Below, piece after piece: positions 35,974 through 46,800 of a stretch of DNA of 56,094 nucleotides. Source of the DNA: a virus (lineage: Duplodnaviria; Caudoviricetes); the IMG/VR virus record IMGVR_UViG_3300027499_000663, positions 1-56,094 of that record; one strand, given 5' to 3'. The translations under genes and the position numbers were made by a program. Below the pieces are notes generated by a model, which saw only the letters and a program-made list of their open reading frames with translations, was not told the origin of the DNA and did not search any database. Positions within the stretch are counted from its first letter, which is position 1. Each line of letters begins with the position of its first letter.

Positions 35974-36357
35974 ATGCCGAAGTTTTCCATTGCGCCGAAG
36001 CCGACGTTCACCGTCGATGTGGCGATCCCCCAAGTTGGCGGCAAGCCGGCAATGGTGCCGTTCACGTTCAAATACCGTGACCGCACGGCTCTGGCTGAAC
36101 TGTTCGACACCTGGAAAGAAAGGGCAGAAGCCATCGGTGAGCGCTTCAAGGGGACTGAGCCGACGCTTTCTGAAATTACCGCCGCAGAGGTTGAGCAGGG
36201 CGTCGACCAGATCAAGGACCTGGTCGTGTCCTGGGGCTTTACCGACAAGCTCAGCGATGAATCCATCACTGCCCTGGTGAAGAGCTGCATCGGCGTATCG
36301 GATGCCGTGGTGAAGGCCTACAGCGAAGCCTTCGGCAAGGCCCGCCTGGGAAACTGA
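35974..36357 (+). CDS. Tail assembly chaperone (G)
   Basis: Ends in the slippery site G GGA AAC (ARLGN). Confidence 0.85.
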   Translation: MPKFSIAPKPTFTVDVAIPQVGGKPAMVPFTFKYRDRTALAELFDTWKERAEAIGERFKGTEPTLSEITAAEVEQGVDQIKDLVVSWGFTDKLSDESITALVKSCIGVSDAVVKAYSEAFGKARLGN

Positions 36358-36677
36358 CCGCCGCCGCCCGTGCGCTCTATGAGTCCGAAGGATCGGCGGA
36401 GCAGATGGCCTTGTTCGGCTTCTCGCCGGAGGACTACGACGAAATCGTCGAAGTCTGGCCAGACAACTGGCCATCCTTTCTCGTCATGGATGCGATGGGC
36501 ACCCAGTGGCGCACTGGCGCATGCGGCGCTACCGGGCTCGATTATGGCGTTCTGCCTAATGTGATGAAGCTCGTCGGCATCCCGGCGAAGGATTGCCCCG
36601 GCGTCTTCCACGATATCCGTGCGATGGAAACGGAAGCCCTCTCTGTTATGGCGGAAGCCCGCGACAACAGCCCGTGA
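36348..36677 (+). CDS. Tail chaperone GT extension (DUF1799-like) reached by -1 frameshift
   Basis: GGGAAAC at 36348-36354; the -1 frame is open into ORF 36405-36677 (TQWR...GLDY). Confidence 0.8.
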   Translation, partial: GKLTAAARALYESEGSAEQMALFGFSPEDYDEIVEVWPDNWPSFLVMDAMGTQWRTGACGATGLDYGVLPNVMKLVGIPAKDCPGVFHDIRAMETEALSVMAEARDNSP

Positions 36678-36704
36678 AAACGGGCACTTATTCAAGGTGA
36701 GTCG

Positions 36705-39700
36705 ATGAACATTGCAGAACTCGGCATCAAGGTCGATTCGGCTGATGCCGCCAACGCTGCGACCGATCTCGACAAGCTGACCAAGGCTGGTGATCGCGCT
36801 GAGCAGTCCGCCGTCGGCCTGATGAACGAAATGCAGGCGCTGGAAAAGTCACTGTCGAAAGGCGCGACCACCACGCAGGAACTGGCCAAGCAGCGCGAGA
36901 ACCTGGCGAAGCTGACCAAAACCGGTGCGTACGGTGAGGCCGAGTTCACCAAGATCACCGCGCAACTGGACAAGCAGCAAGCGGCGCTGGCGAAGTCGAC
37001 GCTGGATGAACAAAAAGCGCTGAACAGCCTGCTGGGCGCAATCGACCCGGCGAAGGCGGCGCTGGCCAAGCTGGACAAACAGGTCGAGGACCTGGGCAAG
37101 CATCTGGATGCCGGCCGGATCAGCCAGGACCAGTACAACTCGGCGCTCAGCAAGATCGATGGCAACTATGCAGCGCTGGAGAAAACCGCTACCGGATTTG
37201 ACAGGCTGAAGCTCGGCACCCGCCAGGCGCAGGAAAACGTCGTTCAACTCGGTAATGCGCTTTCGTCTGGTGACTGGGGCAGCGGCGTTCGAGCCGTGGC
37301 TCAATTGGGCGCTGGAGCCGGTAGCGCGGCGATAGGCTTTGCGGCGGTCGTCGTGCCGATTGCATTGGCCGCCGGCGCGCTCGCCACTCTCGCCAACGCC
37401 TATTACCAAGGCAGCAAGGAGGCTCAGGAGTACAACAAGTCTCTGGTATTGACCGGTAATTACGCCGGCACCAATGCCACCCAACTCGCCGAGATGGCGC
37501 GGCAGATCAGCGCAACCGTTGGCACGACCGGCGCAGCGGCTGAAGTTCTGGCTACCCTGGCTGGTAACGGCAAGCTGGCGAGCGGCAGTTTCGTAGAAAT
37601 CTCCGAAGCAGCCCTGGCGATGGAGAAGGCAACCGGCAAGTCGGTGGATGCCACTGTCGCCGAGTTCGTGAAGATCGCTGACGATCCGGTTGCGGCGGCG
37701 AAGTTGCTGAATGATCAGTATCACTTCCTGACTGCCTCCGTGTACTCGCAGATCGTTGCCCTGAAAGAGCAGGGTGATGAGGTAGGAGCGACCAAACTCC
37801 TCACCGACATTTATGCCGAAACCGTTAAAGGTCGAGCAGGGGAGATCACTCAGAATCTCGGAATTGTTGAAAAGGCCTGGGCTGCAATTCGCGGCGAAAC
37901 AGCGAAAACTTTTGATGCACTGAAGAATGTCGGTCGCGAACAAGACGAGCAATTGCGAGTCGCCGAGCTCACTCAAAAGCTGGCGTATCTGCAATCGACG
38001 GTCGGTACCGGATACGAGGATGGCGATGCGAAAGACCGCATCACGGCGATCACGGATGAGCTGAGCTTCCTGAAGGACAAGCGGGACGCAAGCGCTGACA
38101 TTGCGAAGTATGACGCCGACACGGCTAAGGCTCAGCAAGACGCTGTTTCCGCGATGTCGAAAGTTGATGCTCTCACCAAGTCTTCGCTGACCAATGAGCA
38201 AAAGCGCGCCGAGGCGATCAAGGACTACAAGAAAAGCCTGGACGATATCCGGAAGGTCGATCCGAAAGACTCTCGGCTGGACCCAGCGGCAGTCGCCAAG
38301 AACATGGCGAACCTAAACGACAAGTTCAAGGATCCCAAGGCTGCCGCCGGCAGCGTCGATCTGTCCGGCTTCAACAGCGCGAAGAACGTATTGGCCGAAA
38401 CCCTGGCCTATTACAAAAACGCGGACAAGGAGCTTGAAGCCTCCCAGCGCGCTGGGGTGATCTCTCAGGCCAGTTACACCGAGCAACGCGTCAGTCTGTT
38501 GCAGCAGGAGGCTAATGAGGTCGCCCAAAGCTATCAGTCGGAGATCGATTCGCTCGAAGCAGCCAAGACCAAGAAGGGCACGACCGCGGCTCAGGTCATC
38601 CAGATCGATCAGAAGATTGCCGATGCCCGCAGCGCCATGGTCAAGGCGCAACAGGACAGCGGCAGTGAATTGTCGATCATCGCCACAAACGAAGAGGGCC
38701 GCCTACGCAAACAGACGCTGGCGGTCAATACGTACACCAGCGCTCTGCAGCAACAGGTCGACACACTTCGGCAGCAGGGATTGCGGGCGGCATCAGGCCT
38801 CGGCCAAGGTGACCGGCAGCGCGCGCTGACCGATCAGCAGAACGGGATCGACGACCGCTTTAACCAACAGCGGCTGGAACTGGCCAACCAATACGGCGAC
38901 GGCTCGCGCGGTATGAGCCTCGACGAGTACAACCAGAAACTGGCAGCGCTGAAGGCTACCCAACAGGATCTGCACGACACTGTGCGGGCCAACTACGACG
39001 ACATGACCGCCGCCCAGGGCGACTGGAGCGCTGGCGCATCGTCGGCGTGGCAGAACTACTTGGAGTCAGCGCGGGACGTTGCGGGGCAAACGAAGAGCCT
39101 GTTCACCAACGCCTTCAGCTCCATGGAAGACGCGATCGTCAACTTCGCCATTACCGGGAAGCTGTCGTTTGCGGACTTCACGAAGTCGATCCTGGCGGAC
39201 ATGGCGCGCATTGCCACGCGACAAGCCAGTTCTGCACTGCTCGGCAGTCTGGTGGGGGCTGCAACCAGCTACTTCGCAGCGGGCTCAGGTAACGGGCTGG
39301 CTGCTGGATCAGCCGGCGCGGAGTCGTCGAACCTCGGCGCATCGCAAGCCGGATATTCCAACGTCGATTTCTCCGGTTATCGCGCTGCTGGTGGCCCAGT
39401 CGCGGCCAACTCTCTGTACCAGGTCAACGAACTCGGGCCAGAGCTTTACAACGAGGGCGGCCGGTCGTTCCTCATGACCGGCGCGAATGGCGGCAGCGTT
39501 ACTCCGCTCACGTCTGGAGCCAACGTTGCAGCTATGAGCGGCGGTGGAGGCCAGGGTGGAATCACCATTAATGCGCCGGTTAGCGTTACCACCCTGGATC
39601 GAAGTTCAGAAGGGATGCAACTCGATCAACAAGCGCTGGCGAAGAATCTCCAAACGCAAATGAAGGCGGCTGCTGAAAAGGCCCTTGCCGAATCTTGGCG

Positions 39701-39743
39701 CGCGGGCGGTATCAGTTTCCGTAACGCAAATGGGAGGACCTGA
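36705..39743 (+). CDS. Tail tape measure protein
   Basis: 1012 aa, Ala-rich and helical; lambda H-like C-terminal region. Confidence 0.95.
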   Translation: MNIAELGIKVDSADAANAATDLDKLTKAGDRAEQSAVGLMNEMQALEKSLSKGATTTQELAKQRENLAKLTKTGAYGEAEFTKITAQLDKQQAALAKSTLDEQKALNSLLGAIDPAKAALAKLDKQVEDLGKHLDAGRISQDQYNSALSKIDGNYAALEKTATGFDRLKLGTRQAQENVVQLGNALSSGDWGSGVRAVAQLGAGAGSAAIGFAAVVVPIALAAGALATLANAYYQGSKEAQEYNKSLVLTGNYAGTNATQLAEMARQISATVGTTGAAAEVLATLAGNGKLASGSFVEISEAALAMEKATGKSVDATVAEFVKIADDPVAAAKLLNDQYHFLTASVYSQIVALKEQGDEVGATKLLTDIYAETVKGRAGEITQNLGIVEKAWAAIRGETAKTFDALKNVGREQDEQLRVAELTQKLAYLQSTVGTGYEDGDAKDRITAITDELSFLKDKRDASADIAKYDADTAKAQQDAVSAMSKVDALTKSSLTNEQKRAEAIKDYKKSLDDIRKVDPKDSRLDPAAVAKNMANLNDKFKDPKAAAGSVDLSGFNSAKNVLAETLAYYKNADKELEASQRAGVISQASYTEQRVSLLQQEANEVAQSYQSEIDSLEAAKTKKGTTAAQVIQIDQKIADARSAMVKAQQDSGSELSIIATNEEGRLRKQTLAVNTYTSALQQQVDTLRQQGLRAASGLGQGDRQRALTDQQNGIDDRFNQQRLELANQYGDGSRGMSLDEYNQKLAALKATQQDLHDTVRANYDDMTAAQGDWSAGASSAWQNYLESARDVAGQTKSLFTNAFSSMEDAIVNFAITGKLSFADFTKSILADMARIATRQASSALLGSLVGAATSYFAAGSGNGLAAGSAGAESSNLGASQAGYSNVDFSGYRAAGGPVAANSLYQVNELGPELYNEGGRSFLMTGANGGSVTPLTSGANVAAMSGGGGQGGITINAPVSVTTLDRSSEGMQLDQQALAKNLQTQMKAAAEKALAESWRAGGISFRNANGRT

Positions 39744-40081
39744 TGGCAATCGAAACGTTTATCTGGCCAACAGAGCGAGGTAGTTCGCCAGAGATTACCT
39801 ATAGGGTGCGGACATCGAAGTTTGGTGGCGGCTACGCGCAGGTCTCTGGCGACGGACCAAACAACAAAGAGGACTCCTACCCAGTCACCTTCACCGGCCA
39901 GAAGGCGAAGGTGCTGGAGATAATGGAGTTTCTCGACCGGCACGCCGGAGCAAAGGCGTTTCTCTGGACAACGCCACTCGGCCAGCTCGGATTGTTCACC
40001 TGCAAAAATCCCTCACCTACGCCTGCGGGAGGTGGGGTCTTCAAGCTTACGGCGACGTTTGACCGTGCCTTTCAACCTTAG
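39743..40081 (+). CDS. Minor tail protein M-like
   Basis: FGGGYAQ and FLDRHAG..AFLWT motifs. Confidence 0.85.
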   Translation: MAIETFIWPTERGSSPEITYRVRTSKFGGGYAQVSGDGPNNKEDSYPVTFTGQKAKVLEIMEFLDRHAGAKAFLWTTPLGQLGLFTCKNPSPTPAGGGVFKLTATFDRAFQP

Positions 40082-40089
40082 GATCAACC

Positions 40090-40839
40090 ATGCCGCTGAT
40101 CAGTGACATCCAGGTGCTTGAGCCTGGCAGTGAGGTGCTGCTCTTTGAATTGGACGGCACGGACTACGGGGCGGACGTTCTGCGCTTCCACGGGCACGCG
40201 ATACCGCACACGCCTGCAGAGCTGATCGCTGCCGGTGACGATGCCGACCAGTTACCAGCGAAAGCGATTTACTGGCAGGGCAACGAATACAGCGCCTGGC
40301 CGATGCAGATCGACGGTATCGAGGCCAACGGCGACGGCACAGCAGTACGGCCCACCCTATCGGTCGGTAACGTCAATGGCCGAATCACAGCGCTATGCCT
40401 GGCGTTTCAGGACCTGGCGGATTTCCAACTGACGATGCGCCATACGCTGGGCAGTTACCTGGACGCGGTGAATTTTCCTGCCGGTAACCCGACAGCGGAC
40501 CCAACCCAAGAAACGATCGAGGTCTGGTATATCGACCAGAAGACGAACGAGGACGGGGAGACGGTGAGTTGGGAGCTTGCAAGCCCGGGCGATGTGGGCG
40601 GCGAATCCGTAGGCCGGCAGGCCACAACCCTGTGCCACTGGTGCCTCACCGGCGGGTACCGGGGGCCGAGTTGCGGCTACACCGGGGGCTACGTCACGAA
40701 AGACGGCGTGGCCACCGATAACCCTGAGCTCGACGAGTGTGACGCCACGCTGGGCCGTGGCTGTATTCCGCGCTTCGGTGAGGGTAATCCGCTGCCGTTC
40801 GGCGGATTCCCCGCAGTTTCCCTGATCGCCCGGAGTTGA
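40090..40839 (+). CDS. Minor tail protein L-like
   Basis: C-terminal Cys cluster and FGGFP. Confidence 0.9.
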   Translation: MPLISDIQVLEPGSEVLLFELDGTDYGADVLRFHGHAIPHTPAELIAAGDDADQLPAKAIYWQGNEYSAWPMQIDGIEANGDGTAVRPTLSVGNVNGRITALCLAFQDLADFQLTMRHTLGSYLDAVNFPAGNPTADPTQETIEVWYIDQKTNEDGETVSWELASPGDVGGESVGRQATTLCHWCLTGGYRGPSCGYTGGYVTKDGVATDNPELDECDATLGRGCIPRFGEGNPLPFGGFPAVSLIARS

Positions 40840-40841
40840 CC

Positions 40842-41606
40842 ATGCGCAAGCACATATTGAGTGCGATCCAGGCGCACGCGGCCACTGAGTACCCGAAAGA
40901 ATGCTGCGGCCTGCTACTGGGCATCGGTCGCAAGCAGCAGTATTACCCCTGCCGAAACATTGCCAGCGAGCCGAACGAGGAGTTCCGGATCGACCCGGAG
41001 CAGTACACCGCGGCTGAAGACATTGGAGAAGTGATCGGCATCGTTCACTCGCACCCGGACGCCACCAGCCGCCCGTCGCCACGTGACATGGCAATGTGCG
41101 AGGCGACCGAGTTGCCTTGGCACATCCTCAGCTGGCCGGAGGGCGATCTGCGCACGATCATACCCGCCGGTGACGTCCCGCTGTTGAAGCGTCCATTCGT
41201 TCACGGTGCTTGGGACTGCTGGCAGGTCTGCGCCGATTGGTATAAGCGCGAGTGGGGGCTGGAGTTCGAGGCCTTCAAGCGCGCCGACGGCTGGTGGGAG
41301 AGCAAAGACAACACCAGTCTGTACGAGGCGAACTACGAGGCCGCCGGCTTTTACCGGGTTGACCAGCCGCAGCGCGGCGACATGATCGTGATGGAAGTTG
41401 GCAGAACGGTTTACCCGAACCATGCCGGCATCTTCCTCGGCGTCGATCCGGCGCTACCAGGAGAGGACTCAACCACCTTTGGCCCTGGCCCTTTCCTGCT
41501 GCACCACCTGTATGGCAGGCCGTCAGAGGCGATCGTGTTCGGTGGGCCGTGGCTTGACCGGACACGCCTGATCCTCAGGCACAAAGACGCAAAACAATCA
41601 GAATGA
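40842..41606 (+). CDS. Tail assembly protein K-like (JAB plus NlpC/P60)
   Basis: ECCG, HSHP, DCW and NHAG motifs. Confidence 0.9.
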   Translation: MRKHILSAIQAHAATEYPKECCGLLLGIGRKQQYYPCRNIASEPNEEFRIDPEQYTAAEDIGEVIGIVHSHPDATSRPSPRDMAMCEATELPWHILSWPEGDLRTIIPAGDVPLLKRPFVHGAWDCWQVCADWYKREWGLEFEAFKRADGWWESKDNTSLYEANYEAAGFYRVDQPQRGDMIVMEVGRTVYPNHAGIFLGVDPALPGEDSTTFGPGPFLLHHLYGRPSEAIVFGGPWLDRTRLILRHKDAKQSE

Positions 41607-41699
41607 CGCGGCAGGTCCGCAGGAGAAAAATATGAAAAGTGTAATCGAGTCAGCAGCAAAAACCGCCAGTGGCGAACCGGTCTGGCGGCTAACTAAAGG

Positions 41700-41945
41700 C
41701 TAGTTTCCTTTGTTTTCCAGCAATTTTTCGATATCAGCTACGCTTCTCTGAACGACACTTAGAGGCCACTCATAAGCGTCAAAGTCATCCCCGTCGCTGC
41801 ATCCCCGAGCTGGAACTTCAGTAAAAAATTTTGCCGCTGCATCCAGGGCAGAGGAATCAAACCCTGGTGATTTTTTGAGTGCATATGTCAGCGATGCCAG
41901 CGCCATTAACACGCCATTTTCAAATGGTTTTATTTCGTATGCCAC
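41700..41945 (-). CDS. Moron, small hypothetical protein
   Basis: AGGAGG SD; antisense; AT-richer. Confidence 0.6.
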   Translation of the reverse strand: MAYEIKPFENGVLMALASLTYALKKSPGFDSSALDAAAKFFTEVPARGCSDGDDFDAYEWPLSVVQRSVADIEKLLENKGN

Positions 41946-42143
41946 TTTGACCTCCTAGGTCATAAACGCGCCGAAATTGGCGCAATCCCAGTCCTTGGGC
42001 TTGCAGGCAAAGGACTGGGGTTATCCGTTGCGTGAAGGCAGGAGGCTACTACGGAGAGTGGCGATGCGTTACTGGGGATTCGTACAGGCTGTTTGAGGAG
42101 TGATGCTAGAATGCTGGCTCCACTCGAGCGAAGGAATGTCCAG

Positions 42144-42629
42144 ATGTTGAAATACAGCGATATCACCCAACGATTCATCGAGTTCCGGCGCGAGCAGGAT
42201 GAGTATTGGGAGCACTTGCGGAAGGCGGCGTACCAGCTGCTGAAAGATCTTGAGATATCGTTAGAGTTGCCGTCTCAATCCTGGACGGACGAGACTGGCA
42301 AGCTCTTCCACTATGTCGACATCGGATCGATCGAAAGTGGTGAGTTCAAGCGTGTTCATCCGATGGAGTTCCAAGGAGAGGATCTTCGTTATAACTTCGC
42401 GATACGCATTGCTTTGGAAGAAAGCTCGAAGGATGTGTCGAAGGCTTTTTATTTCCAGCGCGTAACTTTGTTCGCTAACAATGAAGTCATTGTTGTCACA
42501 CTTGCTGGCGCAGATAACGAAACCGTCTTCAACACATCGAAAGACGTTGCGGACGGCCAATTCTCAACTGTCGTTGAGGCGATCAAGGAAAATCTGATGG
42601 GTGTGCTGACGCTGAAAGTGTCAGGCTGA
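42144..42629 (+). CDS. Moron, hypothetical protein
   Basis: AAGGA SD; terminator at 42638-42662. Confidence 0.7.
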   Translation: MLKYSDITQRFIEFRREQDEYWEHLRKAAYQLLKDLEISLELPSQSWTDETGKLFHYVDIGSIESGEFKRVHPMEFQGEDLRYNFAIRIALEESSKDVSKAFYFQRVTLFANNEVIVVTLAGADNETVFNTSKDVADGQFSTVVEAIKENLMGVLTLKVSG

Positions 42630-42715
42630 TTCCCAGTAGCCCGGCTCAGTTCCGGGCTTTTTCATTTCCGCCTGCGCCAGTGATATCGTTCACCCTTTCC
42701 ACAGGAGTGACGTGC

Positions 42716-43138
42716 ATGAAATTGATCGTAGGAGCGGTTGCGGCGATGTTGCTGGGGGGGTGCGCGACGTCGCCAACACCTTCAGGTCAGGCGCGCCAAG
42801 CGCCGTCGAGCCAAGTGCTGGCGTTCCAAAGCAAGCCGTCTGGAGCCTATGGCACTCTCCAAGTGATTCGCGACTCTGGACACACTGGCAGTCTTTGTTC
42901 TATGGCCGTTTTCATTGACGGCAAGCAGGCGGCCAAGCTCGACCCGGGGCAAAAGGTATCCTTCTATCTACCGCCGGATTCGGTGTCGTTGGGAGCGGCC
43001 TATACCGGCTCGGGTATCTGCTCTATGGGAGCGGACCGTGTTGAGCGCGAGGCGATCGTAAAAGACGGAGCGGTCAAAAAATACAGAGTGTTTACCAGCG
43101 GTGATGGGCAGGTAGACATACTCCCCACAACGCTTTGA
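42716..43138 (+). CDS. Moron lipoprotein
   Basis: MKLIVGAVAAMLLGGC lipobox; terminator at 43143-43164. Confidence 0.75.
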   Translation: MKLIVGAVAAMLLGGCATSPTPSGQARQAPSSQVLAFQSKPSGAYGTLQVIRDSGHTGSLCSMAVFIDGKQAAKLDPGQKVSFYLPPDSVSLGAAYTGSGICSMGADRVEREAIVKDGAVKKYRVFTSGDGQVDILPTTL

Positions 43139-43181
43139 AACTGGCCGCCTTCGGGCGGTTTTTTATTGGCCGGAGGAAATC

Positions 43182-43790
43182 ATGGCTTCATCTGCTCACT
43201 ACACTCCGACAACGAAGGTCATGTTGTCCGGATCGCTGGCCAAGAGGTTTTTCCGCAGCAAACCATTTTTGCTTGATGGTGGATCGGGATCTGAAGTTCT
43301 TCGCGCACTGAATGCCACGGTTGAGGGTTTTGCCGAAGAAATAAAAAGGCTTGAACGGCTAGGGATGACATTCGCGATTTTTCGAAATCGCAAAAACATT
43401 GGGATAAGTGGCCTTGACCTCGGTGGGGCACGTGAAGTCCGAATCGTGCCTGTAGTTTCGGGCAGCAAGCGCGCCGGTGGCCTGCAAACAATTATCGGAA
43501 CGGTTCTTATCGCAGCAGCATTCGTGCTGTCTTTCACGCCTTTCGCTGCAGCCTCACCGTTCCTGTATCAGATAGGCGCCGCAATGGTAATCGGTGGCGT
43601 AATTCAAATGCTCAGCCCCCAAGCCTCTGGCCTGAAGCAGAGCTCATCCCCAGAAAACGCTCCGTCTTACGCTTTCGGCAGCGCCAAAAACACCACCGCC
43701 AGCGGCAATCCAGTCCCGATCTGCATTGGCGATCGGCGCTGGGGCGGCATGATCATTTCCGCATCGATCTATGCCGAAGACAAAACGTAA
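43182..43790 (+). CDS. Tail assembly protein I-like
   Basis: IVPVVSGSK and NTTASGNPVP motifs. Confidence 0.9.
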   Translation: MASSAHYTPTTKVMLSGSLAKRFFRSKPFLLDGGSGSEVLRALNATVEGFAEEIKRLERLGMTFAIFRNRKNIGISGLDLGGAREVRIVPVVSGSKRAGGLQTIIGTVLIAAAFVLSFTPFAAASPFLYQIGAAMVIGGVIQMLSPQASGLKQSSSPENAPSYAFGSAKNTTASGNPVPICIGDRRWGGMIISASIYAEDKT

Positions 43791-43847
43791 TCCGCACGCA
43801 GCAAGCAGGCCGCCCATGAGGCGGTTTTTTTTCGCCTGGAGGAAAGC

Positions 43848-46800
43848 ATGGGCGCAGCACAGATGATCGACATCCACGGGGCGAAGGGCGGCGAAAGCAA
43901 GCCAAAGTCGCCGACCGAGGCCAGCGACAACCTCCGCTCGACCAACCTGGCCAAGCTGCTGATAGCCGTTGGCGAGGGCGAATTCGACGAAGTCCCGACC
44001 GATTACGACATCTACCTGGACAACACTCCGATCCGTGACGCCAGTGGCAACGTCAACTTCCCGAACGTGAAATGGGACTGGCGCCCGGGCTCGGTTGATC
44101 AGACCTACATCCCCGGCATTCCTGCGGTCGAGAACGAAACCTCGCTGAACGTCGAGTTGCGCAACGATGCGCCGTGGGTTCGCTCGATCACCAACACTCA
44201 GCTTTCGGCCGTGCGCATTCGCTTCGCCTGGCCAGCGCTGCAGCGACAAGATGATGAGGGAAACGTCGTCGGCTACCGGATTGATTATGCGATCGACCTG
44301 GCCACCGACGGCGGAGCGTACCAGCAGGTATACCCCGACGCCGTCGACGGCAAGACCACCACGCGCTACGAGCGCTCCCGGCGAATTGATCTGCCAGACG
44401 CCACCACGGGCTGGCAAGTCCGCGTCCGCCGCCTGACGCCGAACCAGAACAGCAACAAGATCGCTGACACCATGCTGATTGCCGGTATCACCGAGGTGAT
44501 CGATGCCAAGCTGCGGTACCCGAACACCGCGCTGCTTTACATCGAGTTCGACGCCGAGCAGTTCTCCAACATTCCGGCAGTGACTGTGCGGTGCAGGGCT
44601 CGGCGCTGGATGGTGCCGAGCAACTACGACCCGATCCAGCGTACCTACACCGGGACGTGGGACGGCTCGATGAAGTCGGCCTGGACCAACAACCCTGCAT
44701 GGGTCACCTATGGTGTGTGCACCGAAGACCGCTTCGGCCTTGGCAAGCGCATCAAGCCGTTCATGGTCGACAAGTGGGAGCTCTACCGGATTGCCCAGTA
44801 CTGCGACCAGATGGTGCCTAACGGGCTTGGTGGTGTAGAGCCGCGCTTTCTCTGTGACATGAACCTGCAGGGCAAGGCCGACGCGTGGTCGCTGCTGCGC
44901 GACATCGCCGGCATTTACCGTGGCATGACCTACTGGGCGCAGGGCCAGCTGGTGATGCAGGCCGACATGCCGCGCGCGCAGGACTTCGACTACGTGTTCA
45001 CCCGGGCCAACGTCGTCGACGGCAAGTTTTCCTACGGCAGTGCGTCGGCGAAAACCCGTTACACCCGTGCGCTGGTCAGCTACGACAACCCGGCGAACAA
45101 CTACGACACCGACGTGATTCCGTTTGCCGATCTGGATCTGCAACGCCGCTACGGCGACCGTCCCACCGAGTTGAGCGCCATTGGCTGCACCCGCGCCTCA
45201 GAGGCCCAGCGCCGCGGCAAATGGGCAATCCTCAGCAACAACCAGGACCGCACCGTTTCGTTCAAGACCGGCATGGAGGGCGTGATCCCGCTGCCCGGCC
45301 ACATCATCCCGGTGGCAGACTCGCTGCTGGCGGGGCGGGAGGTCGGTGGGCGTATCTCGGCGGCCGCCGGCCGCGTGGTGACATTGGACCGTGACACCCA
45401 GGCCAAGGCCGGCGACCGACTGATCATCAACCTGCCAGGCGGACGTGCCGAAGGGCGCACCGTGCAGAGTGTGAGCGGCCGGGCGCTGACCGTGACCGTG
45501 GCCTACAGCGAGCCGCCGCTCCCGCAGCTGCAATGGGCGCTCGACGCCGATGATCTGGCGATCCCGCTGTATCGCGTGCTGCGGACCAAGCGCACCGCCG
45601 AAGGCGACTTCGAGATCAGCGCGCTGCAGTTCGACCCCAGCAAGTTCGCGCACATTGACACTGGCGCTCGGCTGGAAGAGCGCCCGATCAGCGTCATTCC
45701 GATCACCGTGGTACCGGCGCCGGCGAGCGTCACCCTCACTGCAAACTCGGTTGTGTCCCAGGGCATCGCCGTCGCCACCATGACCATCACCTGGCCCGCA
45801 GTGAACGGCGCCGTGGGTTATGACGTGGAATGGCGCAAGGACAGCGGCAACTGGATCAAGCTGCAGCGCACCGGCGGTACCAGCGTCGACGTGGTCGGCA
45901 TTTATGCCGGCGCCTACGTGGCCCGCGTCCGCGCGGTGAGTGCCTTCGACATTTCGTCGATCTGGCGCAACTCGATCCTGACCAACCTGAGCGGCAAGCA
46001 GGGGTTGCCGCCGGCGGTGTCGTATCTCACGGCCTCGCCGCTGCTGTTCGGCATCTACCTGAAGTGGGGCTTCCCGGCGGGCGCCGAAGACACCCAGCGC
46101 ACAGAAATCTGGTATGGGCCGTCGACCAGCCTGGAGGCGGCCACCAAGCTGACAGACCTGTCGTACCCGCAAAGCGACTTCTCGATGCTCGGTCTTCGAG
46201 CTGGCGTGACCTTCTACTTCTGGGCGCGCTTGGTGGATAGGATCGGTAACATAGGTCCTTGGTACCCGGTTGGCATTGGCGTGCAAGGACAGTCAAGCGC
46301 AGATGCGGCGGCGATCCTGGAAATGATCGCCGGCGAGATTGGTCGTACGGAGCTTGGCCAGGACATACTTGACGAAATCGACAAAATTCCCGGCCTTCAG
46401 GATCAAATTGACTCACTCGACGGGCTGAAGGGATACGACCCTGATTTGCCGTACGCCAAAGGGACTCTAATTGTCGAGGGAGGGCACATTTACCAGGCTG
46501 TGCAAGACGTCCCGGTCGATACCCCACCACCGAACACGGCGTATTGGGCTGATGTCGGCGATCTTCTCGAAACCGCGAATGGGTTGGCCGAGCAAGTAGC
46601 CACTCACACCGCAGAGATCACCGAGCTCGACGGTGTCGTAACTGCGCAAGCGACCAGCCTCCAGGCATTGCGTTCGGCCTATCGGGAGGATGACGGGGAG
46701 GGCGATGCCATCGACGCACTGCGCGGTTGGAACGCTACCTCAAGTTTCGCGCAAGAGGTAAAGGTCCGAACGTCGCAAAACAGCGCTCTTACGGAGAGAC

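Noticed and set aside
41632-41703. Short ORF MKSVIESAAK after tail K with a good SD
   Set aside because: Only 23 codons; probably a remnant, and cannot be supported further
42070-42640. Possible inverted repeats (TACTGGGGATTC and GATTCCCAGTA) flanking a moron
   Set aside because: Short and imperfect, no transposase; may be chance
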